Positions 12,953 through 26,004 of a stretch of DNA of 64,000 nt are shown in pieces. The translations under genes and the position numbers were made by a program. Numbering within the stretch: the stretch's first letter is position 1; each line of letters starts with the position of its first letter. This stretch comes from Octopus vulgaris (taxonomy: Eukaryota), in assembly GCA_951406725.2 (NCBI GenBank), contig OX597825.1:87854001-87918000 (forward strand). The letters are read 5' to 3'. The notes beneath the pieces were generated by a model that was not told the DNA's origin, made no database searches, and saw only the letters and a list, made by a program, of their open reading frames with translations.

Positions 12953-14306
12953 GACATGTCAGATGATTATTGATATGTAAATCTGAAATGTGACAGGTTT
13001 TTGTTATTTAATTGGTATAAATTTGTCCTTGTAAACCTTATGTGTTGTTACATTTTGTAGTTCATGTTGATGTACATTGCCTGAAGACTATCTTCATGGA
13101 ACAAAGAATTACTTTTAGTCAATTTTGTTGTTTGCTAATTTGACCTCACGGAGGGATGCGAATGAATTTTGAATCTACGAAGGTAACAAATGTCAAGTTT
13201 GTTACCCGACAGTGTTGAGGTAAATTTCTAGCATAGAACACTCGTCTATAACTGTGTCCGTATTAATCTTCCGATGGCAGATTGTGACTGCTAGACATTT
13301 GCTGGAATAATAGTTTTATGTTTGATCGAGCAAAATAAATTTCTTCTGACATTTGAGATATGAATATTGACTGATGAGCTTCAACTGATGCATCGTAGAC
13401 GTTGTCATGTCATACGTCAAAATCCTTTCTCCTCGACTGGCTTCGTCGCTGACCTGCCATGCAGCACTAACTGTTTTCGAAAAATATATTCGTAGGGCTG
13501 TCGTAAAAAAATCGATATACTATGGGTTAATTTTTAAATGTATTGTCATAAATTTTTTAAAAACCCTCTATCAATAACTGGGACAAAAACAAAACTGATT
13601 CGCTAAAGAATGTGTCTCATACGATTGAATTATCAGTAATTTTACTTGAAGTAATATATCATTTCCTGATCGAAAATTATAACGAAATATTTCGATCATG
13701 GATGCCGGAACTCTTATCGAAGAATCAAATGGGAATAAATATAAAATAGAAAGTCAATTGAAACTCATTCGGATGAATGATATTGCAGTTCATGTGTTTT
13801 AAATATTGATGTGTATCACAGACGAGTTGTAACATATTAAACGATGCTTCAGGTCAAGGTTACTTTTCCTGTAAATCAATTATACATTAGATGCAAAATA
13901 ATGCCTGGCAAAGTTTTCATTATCACAAATCATATTTTTTGTTTTCCTCAACTCATTAACATTTCTATGACAAGGACTTGATATAGCAGATCGTTTCGAA
14001 CTATGCACGTCTCATTTATGAAACCTGGTCGTATTCTTAGAGAACACTTCCAGTAAATTATCAGCTTTTCACTTTCTAGATTTGAAATTTAAAACATATG
14101 TGTACATATCTTGTGAACCAATAAGATGTATAGACTCACAGGATCTTAATTTGATACCAGTTTTCCGCCACAAGATGGCGTTATATTACTTACATTACCG
14201 TTGCCAGTGTTTATATCTGTTGCTAAGACATTCAAATCATTATTCAATGCTTCACCACTAAGATTTCTATGACATATTCAAACACTCTGCCAGTGAAAAT
14301 ACCGCA

Positions 14307-14349
<43 letters not shown>

Positions 14350-14451
14350 TTTGTGTGTGTGTGCATGTTTGCATGTGTGCATCCGTGTGTGTGTATGGCT
14401 TTGTGTGTGTGTGCGCATTTCTGTCTGCGCTTTCTACGCCCTTGTTTATTC

Positions 14452-14810
14452 TTTTTTTCTTTTACTTGTTTCAATCATTTGACTGCGGCCATACTGGAGC
14501 ACAGCCTTTAGTCGAGCAAATCCACTCCAGAAATTATTCTTTGTAAGCCTAGTACTTATTCTAACGGTCTCTTTTGCAGAACCGCTAAGTTACGTGGACG
14601 TAAACACACCAGCATCTGTTGTCAAGCGATGTTGGGAAGACAAACACATATATATACGATGGGCTTCTTTCAGTTTCCGTCTACCAAATCCACTCACAAG
14701 GCTTTGGTCAGCCTGAGGCTATTGTAGAAGACACTTGCCCAAGGTGCCACTGATTCCGGAACCATGTGGTTCGTAGGAAAGTTACTTACCACACAGCCAC
14801 TCCTGCGCCT
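14452..14810 (-). mobile_element. tRNA-derived SINE, family B
   Basis: Minus strand AGGCGCAGGAGTGGCTGTGTGGTAAG head and CCTTGGGCAAGTGTC core; closely similar to 17017-17421. Confidence 0.9.
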
Positions 14811-14990
14811 AATGTAAATGTATTAAACCATTTCTTGCCGTGTTTTATGTATCATTTCATGTAAAGTAATTTTACAAATTCTTGTATCCGATGCTGCTTT
14901 GTTTTTCCTTCCTTCGGGTCACCTGTCTTTATTATAACTGTATTTTACCAAGACATTACATCGATTTCGATTAACTTTCAAGTTTTATAC

Positions 14991-15212
14991 TGGCAGAAAC
15001 GTTAGCATACCGGGCGAAATGCTTAGCGGTATTGCGTCTGTCGTTGCGTTCTGAGTTCAAATTCCGCCGAGGTCGACTTTGCCTTTCATCCTTTCAGGGT
15101 CGATAAATTAAGTACCAGTTACGCACTGGGGTCGATGCAATCGACTTAATCCGTTTGTCTGTCCTTGTTTGTCCCCTCTGTGTTTAGCCCCTTGTGGGCA
15201 ATAAAGAAACAG
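14991..15212 (+). mobile_element. SINE family A, young-looking copy
   Basis: Colinear with 1590-1811. Confidence 0.9.
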
Positions 15213-15493
15213 ATATATTCTTTTACTTAATTAATCATTAGTGGACGAAATATGAATTTTATCTTAAACTTGGATCAGCGGTAATTATATGAAACTTATT
15301 CAGGAAATTGATTTCTTTTGTAATGAACAAATAACATATACTATTCTAAGATCTGTCAGTAAATGCAATTTTCGTTTTACAAGAATAAGATAATGAGTGC
15401 TTTCCTGATATCCGTCACGTAATAACATTATTTCTTTTTAGTAACAAGTATTCGTTAAAATAAGGGGAGTTACCAACAAAAAACAAAGGCAAC

Positions 15494-15846
15494 TTACATT
15501 ATTTACATTTCACGGACATTTGTCCTCATCTTTGTTGTTACCATAGCGTTTCGGCTGATGTACCCTCCAACTTTCATCAGATGCCTTGGGGAAATTTCGA
15601 ACCTGGGTTCTCATTCGTAAGGTATTTTTAGATGTCGTTGTTGTTGTTATTCAGGTCACTGCCAGGAATCGAACTCGGAATCTTGGGATTAGCAGCCCAG
15701 GTTCGAAATTTCTCCAAGACACCTGATGGAGGGTATATCAGACGAAATGCTGTGTTAGCAACACACAAGATGAGGACAAATATCCGTCAAATGTAAATAA
15801 TGTAAATAATGTACATAATTCTTCATCTCTTAAATATAGAACTGTA
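15494..15846. mobile_element. tRNA-headed, hammerhead-bearing element with inverted duplication
   Basis: Arms 15494-15607 and 15696-15805 are reverse complements. The spacer carries a tRNA-like 3' half on the minus strand (GGGCTGCTAATCC..GAGTTCGATTCC). Both arms carry a CTGAT..GAAA motif. Confidence 0.8.
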
Positions 15847-16861
15847 GCATCAAATTAGTATTTTATCTTTAAAAGAAAAACTTGATTTCAGAATTATCGG
15901 GTTAATATTCATGTTGTAATATAATTTTCGGTCGAGAGTGAAGCTTCCACATGAATTAAAATATAAATGTTAATTAGAAAATTGGAATTATATTCTTCTC
16001 TTTTGGAATTAGATTTGAATGGCATTTTGTTCCATGCAGAACATTGAAAATAAGGACCTCGATATTGTCTCATTAACAGAACGGTATTGTTCAAAGAACC
16101 CTGATAACCTGGCTTCCGCAATAAATCTTTACGATACGAAATCTCCGGATGCTAAGAGTAATCTATATGAAGCGTTACATTTGGTTGTATTAGTGTCGAT
16201 TATTAAATAATCCATAAATATACGTTTTCAAAATGAGACAAATCTGAAATTTATGCAAACATGGCTGTTGACGTTGAACATTAGATTAACATTCTGCAAT
16301 TTTGAAAGTAGAGTGTCTTTGAAAATTATTCAAGCATAGCATATGTACAAGTAATTAAATTTGTTCGTTATCGCTCCTTTAATGATAATAATGTATCCAA
16401 AATTACTAGATTGATTATTATTAAGTAATTCTAATGAAATGCTGTACGCCTTTCGCCAATAACAAACTTCTGTCAATAACATATGACTGATAACACTTTA
16501 GGAAAAGTAACCATAACAGGAAATGAAACATTCATTTTGCTGATAAACGCCTATAATGGCGTCCACCAGAAAAAATGGTAAGCAAGCAAGAAATATAACA
16601 AAAAGAAGTTATTAACATCCTTATTTTAGATATAAATGCAGAGGGATTTTTCCCCTCAATTCTCGTATATATCTCGTCGAGACTAAATATATCTTATGAT
16701 GTATATTCATCCAGGTCTATAAAAAAGGGATAAAAACAAATGCAAAAAAGGAGCCGAAACCTCTTCAGAGCTGCTTCCCTGGCTGATGAGATACCGATTT
16801 CTCCATTCAGAGACGCTGAGTAGAACAGCCCTCTCAACAGACAAGTGTTTACCACAAACGC

Positions 16862-17465
16862 TTCATATTTAGGTACAAAATTGCAATTCTGAAGAGAAGG
16901 TAGAGGATACCATTAATCCCATTACGTAACTGGTACTTTATTTTGTCAACCTTGGAGATAGGAAAGGCAAAGTTCACCTTGGTAGGATTTGAACTCAGAG
17001 AGGAAAAAAATGGACATTCTTTTACTCTTTTACTTGTTTCAGTCATTTGACTGTTGCCATGCTGGAGCACCGCCTTTAGTCGAGCAAATCCACCCCAGTA
17101 AGCCTAGTACTTATTCTATCGGTCTCTTTTGCCGCACCGCTAAGTTACGGGGACGTAAACACACCAGCATCGGCTGTCTAGGGATGTTTGTGTTACAGAC
17201 ACATAAACATACAAACACGTACATACATACATACATACATATATATATACATATACACGACGGGCTTCTTTCAGTTTCCGCCTACCAAATCCACTCACAA
17301 GGCTCTGGTTGGCTTGGGGCTATAGTAGAAGACACTTGCTCAAGGTGCCACACAGTGGGACTGAACCCGGAACCATGTGATTGGTAAGCAAGCTATTTAG
17401 CACACAGCCACTCCTACGCCTATAATGCATCAAACAATTTTCCTGTCACTCTAACGTTTCTAACC
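16862..17465 (-). mobile_element. SINE family B (17017-17421) nested in a diverged SINE family A
   Basis: Family A body at 16862-17000 and a head remnant at 17422-17465 flank a complete family B copy. Confidence 0.75.
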
Positions 17466-17471
17466 ATCCAA

Positions 17472-17534
<63 letters not shown>
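17472..17534. repeat. (TAC)n microsatellite
   Basis: Direct reading. Confidence 0.98.
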
Positions 17535-17536
<2 letters not shown>

Positions 17537-18416
17537 TCTATTAAAGGTAAACTGAGATTTGAGGAAAAGGAGGTTCTAGTGTTCAACTGGTACCTGTTTT
17601 ATCAACATCGAAAACGTGAAGGGCAAAGTCGACCAGGGCGGAATTCGAACGTACGGACAGACGTAATGCTGCTAAGTACTCAGCCCAACGTGCTAACGAT
17701 GCTGGCACCATGCCAACTGAAGAATGGTCTGCACAAGTGTTGGCACAATGCCAACATTTCCTGAGGTATTACGTCCCCCCGCGGGTTCTCCTGCTCCTCA
17801 TCTCGTCGACTGCGAACGGATGAAAAGGTAAACTCGACCTCGGCGGGAAAATATATACATTCACACATACATACGCATATACGCACACACACATAGACAT
17901 ACACATATATGCACACACATACCTACAACCACATACACACATGTACACACACACATACACACGAATGCACACACACATACATATATGCCTACAAATACAT
18001 ACGCACATATACATAAATGCACACACACACGCATGCACAGACGCCACCCTACACGCATATATATATGTATATACACACACATTACTCATCATTGTTATTA
18101 TTACTGCTAATCTTAAGCGTGGGTCTTCGTCGGCAGTATAACTAAGATATATTTGAAGTCGGAGAAATTGGCGTTAACATTTGGGTAGGATATGCTAAAA
18201 AAATGACAAAAATAGAAGCCCCCGCTCTGTTGGGCACAGCTAGGTTTTTGAGATCGTTGCTTGGATGTTGAGTGTCTCCCACGATGAGTTAACATCCAAG
18301 GACCAAAGCTTGTAATCTGCGGAAAGAAACCCTGTGAGACAGTATCTGAAAACAGCTTGGTGTCCGCTCTAACCGAATTAATCGTAGCAAGTTAGATCAA
18401 GAGATCTGAGAATTAA

Positions 18417-18417
<1 letters not shown>

Positions 18418-18504
<87 letters not shown>

Positions 18505-18560
18505 ATGCTGCTGCTGCTGCTCCTGCTGCTGCTGCATATAATAATAGCAACAACAACAAC
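18418..18560. repeat. Compound trinucleotide tract (CTA)n-(TGC)n-(CAA)n
   Basis: Direct reading. Confidence 0.95.
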
Positions 18561-18869
18561 GATAGTTCTTTATAAGTTAGGGAGAAAGCCAATATTTTTG
18601 AGGGGAAGGGATTACTTGATTCCATTGACCCGGGTATTTGAGTATGTTCTTTATTTTAACACCCAGAAGGCATAAAAAACAAAGAAGACAAAATTACGGC
18701 ATCATCATCTCCCACATTCCAAATAGAGAATATAAGGGAAAAAAGTATAGTAAATGTTATCTCTACTTACAGAAATGGAAAAAGAGTTTTTTTTTCCAGA
18801 TGACAAGAGAAAGAAAGTAAATAACACAAAATAACAACAAAAAGAAAAAATGTCATACTGAAAGACAAG

Positions 18870-19130
18870 TAAGCGAATATACATCTTAAGCAAGTAATAT
18901 TAGCCAAATCATGCATTAAAAGAACCTCGGAAAATAGGAAAGATTCTTCTACGAAAAGAATGTATTCCAATGAAATCTGAAGAGAACGTAGAAAAGGAAC
19001 ATTAAAAACAAAATTAGATATGGAGGAGATACCGACACGAACAGAAATTCCAGCTTTCCAGGCCAGTAAATGGAACAACATCTTTCAACATTTCAAAACA
19101 ATTATGGAACAAGAAGAAAGATTTATAAAT
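18870..19130 (+). mobile_element. Decayed R4/Dong-like non-LTR fragment (region upstream of RT)
   Basis: HLKQVILAK... and EEIPTRTEIPAFQASKW resemble the LKQ...AK..R / P...E...FW..IW pattern; compare 44330-44420. Confidence 0.4.
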
Positions 19131-19149
19131 GTCAAAGTGCACTACGCGG

Positions 19150-19485
19150 TTGGTCCATTACGGGTTTGGTCCACTACTTTCCTGGTCCACTACGGGCTTG
19201 GTCTACTACGGGTTTGGTCTACTACGCTCTTGGTCCACTAAGCTCTTGGTCCACTACGGGCTTGGTCCACCACGACCTTGGTCCACTACGCTCCTGGTCC
19301 ACTACGGTCTTGGTCCACTACGGGTTTGGTCTACTACGCTCTTGATCCACTAAGCTCTTGGTCCACTACGGGCTTGGTCCACTACGGGCTTGGTCTACTA
19401 CGCTCTTGGTCCACTATGGGCTTGGTCCACTATGGGCTTGGTCTACTACGCTCTTGGCCCACTAAGCTCTTGGTCCACAACGGGC
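19150..19485. repeat. 16-bp minisatellite, 21 in-phase units, consensus TTGGTC(C/T)ACTACG(GG/CT)C
   Basis: Parsed unit by unit; no indels. Confidence 0.97.
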
Positions 19486-20311
19486 TTGACACAGAAACCT
19501 TGTGCGATAGACCGAGCAACTGAGAAACTCTTGAGATCAACAAGTTGTGTATTTCTGGCTGAAGCACGTGAAAAATAGGTTGTATTGAAATCTGATTTGA
19601 TTTTCCACATCACTGGCATTACAAACAGTTGGCTGACTGCATTGCGTTTATATTTGCATTCCTGAAACTGCCTTGTTGTACATATGATACTTGATAATTA
19701 TTTAACCACGACCTCCTCAAATGCATAATATGCAGGAAAGTCCCTCCTATTTCACGATTCCTCGCCTTGAATACAAAGACAATAATGAATTCTTTGAAGC
19801 AATCGTGAAATGTTAAGAGGGATCAGGGAAAAAATCGGAGAGTTAAACAACTTTAAAAAAATCGGAAAAATGCATAAAGCCTAGGGATGACGGTCAAGCT
19901 GCTTTCGGAAATATTGTTGGATACCTAATCGATTAAACACCTTTCAGAAATTCTAACAAAACATTTTTGTAACACTAAACCTATTTGCCACAATTTTAAA
20001 GAGACATTGCCACAATACACCTACATACACCTCCCAACCACGTAGGCTCACACGAGTTGTTGGTCCTAAAGAGAATTGCGTCGTCTAAATATATCGGGGA
20101 ACTATAACAGGGATCAATATACCGACCAACATAAAATTGAATTAAAAGGGGAACGCCATCATAAATTAATGAGTTCGAAACCTCCCCGGCCATGACGCAG
20201 GAGTTGAACTGAATCACACAAAAATATGCAAAAGAAGGAAAATGAAACTATAACAACGAAAATAAAGGTATTGTGTTGAAACAATGTTCAGGATCAAACA
20301 AATACCGTTGC

Positions 20312-20352
<41 letters not shown>

Positions 20353-21334
20353 TCTCTCTCTCTCACATACGCACACACAAACAAACATACTCACACACGC
20401 AAACATGCACACTCATACACTCCCCACCAAAATCCGATACTCACCCGAAATGAAGTAGAAATAGTTTGCCATGCCATACACACAGCACAACTGAAACACA
20501 AAGGAACACGACGATCAATTCACAAAGGAAAGTTAAATCTTTCAAAAATAAAACCACACATATACAGCAATACATAATAGGCCAAAGAAAACACAAAATA
20601 TACACGTATACAGACGCACACATACTATATACATATGCATACATTCACTCGCATATGTTAATTTATATGAATAAATTAAGAACGTCACCAAACAATAAAT
20701 AAATGATTCAAAGAGACAAATATGTGTTAGAGGAAACTTTAAACCGATTAACCGATTCCAAACCAATTATGAGATGTAAAAGGCACTCAAAAAAGCCATT
20801 CTCTCCAGCAACCTGGGGAAAAATTACAAAACACACAAACGAAATTTCCCATAAGCAAATATCTGTTTCATGAAAGAAACATCAACAAAAATGAAAAGCG
20901 GAAAATAGCAGATAAAGTATTAATAAGTATGAATTTCTTCAGGAAACAAGTTTGAATAAAACCATAAAAAAAAATATTTAATATACTCCCAATCACAAGC
21001 ACATTCAGAGAGTAATAATTGTCGATAATTGTTTATTAGCGCTATTAAAAACAACGGTTGTAAGAGATGAGAAACCAACCAAGAGACCAGATTCTAACGA
21101 GTTGCGAGAGGAGGGAGATCTCGTCAAAAACTGACTACCTCCTTTTTCTTAATATACAATAGCTGTGGACCACTTCAAACATTCTACACACACATACACA
21201 CACACACACACGCAGTGGGTGAGGTGAATAAATTGTCGTCTAAGTTATGCAAAAATGAGAATGAAACTGGCATTTCATTTTAACAGCTATATTTACCAAA
21301 ATTACATTAAAATTATCTTGAAATATTAAATAGT

Positions 21335-21900
21335 AATATTAGTGTTGAATATAAGGATTTATTTTGGAAAAGGAAGCAAAAAAGGCGTATAGAGGGAAAT
21401 AGGAGAGGGAAAGTAGTAATAAAAATAAGAATATATTAAGATATTGTATTTGCAAGTCCATTATCCAAGGAAAGTGGTGTGTAGAAATGGTAGAAATGCT
21501 TCTTGTCCGTGGTATGTAAATTCCAATACGAGTTGGTGCTGTTCAATCTTCGCACTTACCATTTCTAATGACGAAATATGAACTCGTATTGGAATTTACA
21601 TACAATGCATAAGAAGCATGTCTCCCACCTCTACACACCACTCTCCTTGGATAATGGAATTGCAACTATAAAATTTGTATGTACTTTTTATTTCTATTTC
21701 TACATTCATTCTCCTTATTTGCTTCCTTTTCCAAAATAATTCCTTATATTGAACTCTAATATTTGTCTCTACTTAAGCATCTCACGTCGTCTCTGATGAC
21801 GGGATACCTCTAATGTCGCAGAAACAGCCGTAAGACTAACATATACATGGTCATACAAGACCCGCATTAGACTACTCGCTCCTATCATTATCGAACCGAG
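21335..21900 (+). mobile_element. PLE-type 3' fragment with 5' inverted duplication and hammerhead
   Basis: Arms 21335-21534 and 21581-21763 are reverse complements; HHR motif follows at 21789-21836. Confidence 0.8.
21789..21836 (+). ncRNA. Minimal type I hammerhead motif
   Basis: GTCT CTGATGA C GGGATA cctctaa TGTCGC A GAAA CAGCCG TA AGAC. Confidence 0.7.
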
Positions 21901-21934
21901 TTTAACTACCGTCCTTCCGTAGCACTTACATAGC

Positions 21935-22440
<506 letters not shown>

Positions 22441-23730
22441 GCCTATACGCGCTAATATCGAACAGTGAGAATTAATGCTTAACACTGTTTCCGTGGGTAA
22501 ATGTTTTTTACTTGTGAATTAACCAGGCTACTAATGGCTTCACGTAGAGAGAGAATATATATGCTCATATACATATGTTTTATACAAACTCTCACACACA
22601 CACATACTCACACACATGTCTCTGTTTGTGTGTGCATATTGACAAAATTTATTGTTTACGCAAGCATTTGTACGAAATCATATAGAGGTTAAATTTAGAT
22701 TATTCCTCTCATTCCATTCAAGTAGATCCCAGACACGTCGGCAGCAACAATAGTCTTCTGCAATTATCAGATCAATGCTCTTCAGTTAGTTGAATCTGAA
22801 TACAATAAAACTGAATTCTTCACTCTCATAATTGCCCAAAACAAACCTTGTGCAAAATACACCAAGACGTGAGTAAATACGTTCAGTCAAGAATTATTGG
22901 TTTTCTTAAAGAAACCTAATATTACTATTTGTTTTTTTATTCTTATTATTGGTAATTGAACGTGTTTTCCTGTTTTCTTCAATAGTTCTCTTCTTATTTT
23001 CTTTTGACGAAAACATAAACCAAATGAAAATGCTTTCTTTGGCAATTTATTAAGCAGGACCAATATTTGTTAAATAACAATTGGAATAATACTGCAAAGG
23101 TCCATCTTGTTTAACCCAAACACGAACCGTAATTGTCTGCCCCTCTCCAAATTACTTTACTCTGGAATTGAGCCAAATCTGGTGCTTAATATTACGCTGT
23201 TCTCTTGCGTAAACTGTGTAAAATACGATTTGTACATAACATTGTAATATAGGTTGACAATATCAATAACGAATTGGAATTAGGGAATGAATTAGTTGAA
23301 TCTTCAACTGATCTGTCAGTTATATTACATATGTTACGTTGATAGCATGTTTTATGTCGTATAATCTGAAAATGAGCTGGTTGTCACTGCACGAAATTCA
23401 AACTATAACATGATATATATAATATATATATTTGTGTGTATGTGTGTGTATGTGTGTGTTGGTTGAATCTATTATTTATTTCGGTCTACAGATAATTAAA
23501 ATTTTACATTACGTTGAAGGTTTAATTACAACCATTTAGAAGAACACACGTTTATTAAACACTTATAATAAAAACGCTGACTTCGAAGTTTCGGCTTCAC
23601 AAAAACGAACGTTGGTGTCGTGGACAACTTTTTCATTATACAAGCACGCGCGCATGCACAACACCCACACGCAAATACATACACACACACACACACACGC
23701 ATATATATATATATATATACATATATATAT

Positions 23731-24230
23731 TCGGTTAAGTAATTGAGATTCTAGTGAATTCTAAAGAATTCACATGAAAAATCGAACTTATCTGCGATTC
23801 TTGTTAATTTCAATAACAATCTGTTCCTCTACACGACATGACAGTCACTATGTTTTTACTCAGACTTTCCTCTACATGATGTGGCAGTCACTTTGCCTCT
23901 TACTCGGATTTTCAGAAATTTTGCATGACTGTATCCGAAAATTTCTTCATACAACTTGATCAAATATTCAATATGAGCTATATGTAGACATGCATAAATT
24001 CTATAGGTTTAAAACCTTTCATCAGATCTCCATGAATCGAACTTTCTTCAATGCAGTTAATCCTACAACCTCTTTTGTATCTACCCCTTTTGATGTTTGG
24101 GAATTCTCTGATATTTTTTCGGCTGACGAGTACGAGCCATCTGTATTCACTGCATTTTTTGTAGCTTATTAAAGATGTCCTCGTACGAAACGATCGTACC
24201 GAGATTTTAATCCATTCTTGTTGCTTTTTT

Positions 24231-24232
<2 letters not shown>
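23731..24232 (+). mobile_element. PLE 3' relic between two (TA)n tracts
   Basis: Frameshifted VA.HF and E......RFKTFHQISMN remnants resemble a GIY-YIG C-terminus; a canonical HHR follows. Confidence 0.65.
24117..24204 (+). ncRNA. Canonical-core type I hammerhead ribozyme motif
   Basis: TTTCGG CTGACGA GTACGAG..(extended hairpin)..CTCGTAC GAAA CGATCG TA CCGAGA; predicted cleavage after A24198. Confidence 0.9.
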
Positions 24233-24285
<53 letters not shown>

Positions 24286-24889
24286 CTATATGAAATTTTA
24301 CAAGTGCTATAAGCTATGGTTTATGGTACGTGGTGTACAATATGCAATTAATATTCCATGAAATCTCCAGACCAGTTAGTGTGACTTCATCAGATTTTTA
24401 GTGATTCAACTATTGTTTTCCTTTCTATGAGGTTCTACCCTACTGATCATATGAATATTTGTAATGGCTTTTATGTAAGTCTCCTAATTGTATGTCCCCG
24501 AGAAACTATAAAATCATATATGTAATAGAACCTATAACATTGCAACTTATAAGATATCTTCGGTCGCAATACCTCCAACAGCTCTCACTACTCCCATACC
24601 TATTTCCTCCTCTTTTAGGATTACCTTTATCTCTTCCCTACTTCACATTTTAATACCCTGTCTCTTTAAATGTACGTTATATGTATTTCTTATTTTCTAA
24701 AAATCTTTTATTATTTTGCTTTCTTAGATTGATATCCTTACCTATTAACCTCTTATCTCTTATAAGGTATAGCTGTTCTAAAATAGAGATTTTTCAGCTA
24801 CTTATCTCTATGCAAGATGGTTATATTATATCCATATAAACGTATAAATATTTGTATATGTATCTATATGCATATAAGTGCATAAACTA

Positions 24890-25126
24890 TTAATCGATAA
24901 AACCTTTTTCTAATGGAATTTCCCTCTTTCTTCTGCCATTAAAACAACCAGTTGCTTAGAAGCTGTTTTCTGACGGGAAGCTGTTTTCATATAGCTGGAG
25001 GCTTCAATCGAAACAGGGGACCCGAAATGAAAAGGTTAACAAACGGTGTTATAGATTATGCCTAACCGAAATTGATTACAGCCACATCATCCAAACAGAC
25101 CGGGTGAAATCGGGCTTAGCTGCTAG
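24890..25126 (+). mobile_element. Helitron-like 3' terminus
   Basis: Subterminal hairpin CCGG gtgaaa TCGG followed by CTAG (25123-25126) and T. 5' boundary uncertain. Confidence 0.5.
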
Positions 25127-25804
25127 TATATATATATACATATATACATATACATATATAGGCACACCCTTCAATCGCTTGAGCGATTATTTAATAACAA
25201 TATCAACCCAGTGAATGCTGACGATGATGAAAATTAGAAGTCCTGATGGAATCGAGAAAGCGAGGATTTATTGTGGTGGTGGTGGTGGGGGGATGTGCAC
25301 ATCTGTTGTAGGTTTCACTGCTCCACTGAGCAGAACACATCCTCAAATGAGGGTGGGGATCACTGACTTCTCAAGGTCAAGTTGTACTGTGAACTCTCCT
25401 CTGCTAAATGTAATAAAAGAGCAACAAAGAAGAGATATAAGATCTCTCTAAATAAATCCCTTGGATCCATTAATATTGAACCCCGGCAGTAGTCTGTTCT
25501 TACCGCTGTCCAAGAGGCCTGTCCACAGGGCAACCTCCATCTTTCAAGACATTCGCCAGGTCATCCTTGTGGACATGGGGAAAACCAGGAAACAAGGATA
25601 CTACGACGAACCCCGATCAGCCTGCTTTCCTCTCTGGTTCTGCTTGTTTATCTCGAATAAGTCTTGTTGGGCTTCAGCAAACCTGCAATAAATGTGGACA
25701 TCGCCCTCACTACTATAAGACCTAGCTTGCGAAGCCAAGAAAAATGAAAATATGGATACGTAATATAGAGAAACGTTCCTACAAATGCACACAAATACAT
25801 ATAT

Positions 25805-25881
<77 letters not shown>

Positions 25882-25960
25882 GGTCCCGGGTTGAGTCGGG
25901 GTTAACCACAGTAAATAAGGTACTCAATACATAGCAGAGTAAATTAGCTCCTTCTATATA

Positions 25961-26004
<44 letters not shown>

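Noticed and set aside
15652-15698. tRNA-Ser gene
   Set aside because: Only a 3'-half-like segment without D arm or acceptor stem, embedded in a repeat.
16750-16830. CTGAAGA (minus) and CTGATGA (plus) as hammerhead cores
   Set aside because: No properly placed GAAA, NUH triplet or helix I.
18413-18625. ORF with poly-L/A/V resembling a membrane protein
   Set aside because: Compound trinucleotide microsatellite.
19129-19578. Repetitive ORFs and CRISPR-like look of the 16-bp array
   Set aside because: No unique spacers, no cas genes, eukaryotic context; a 16-bp period is not a codon multiple.
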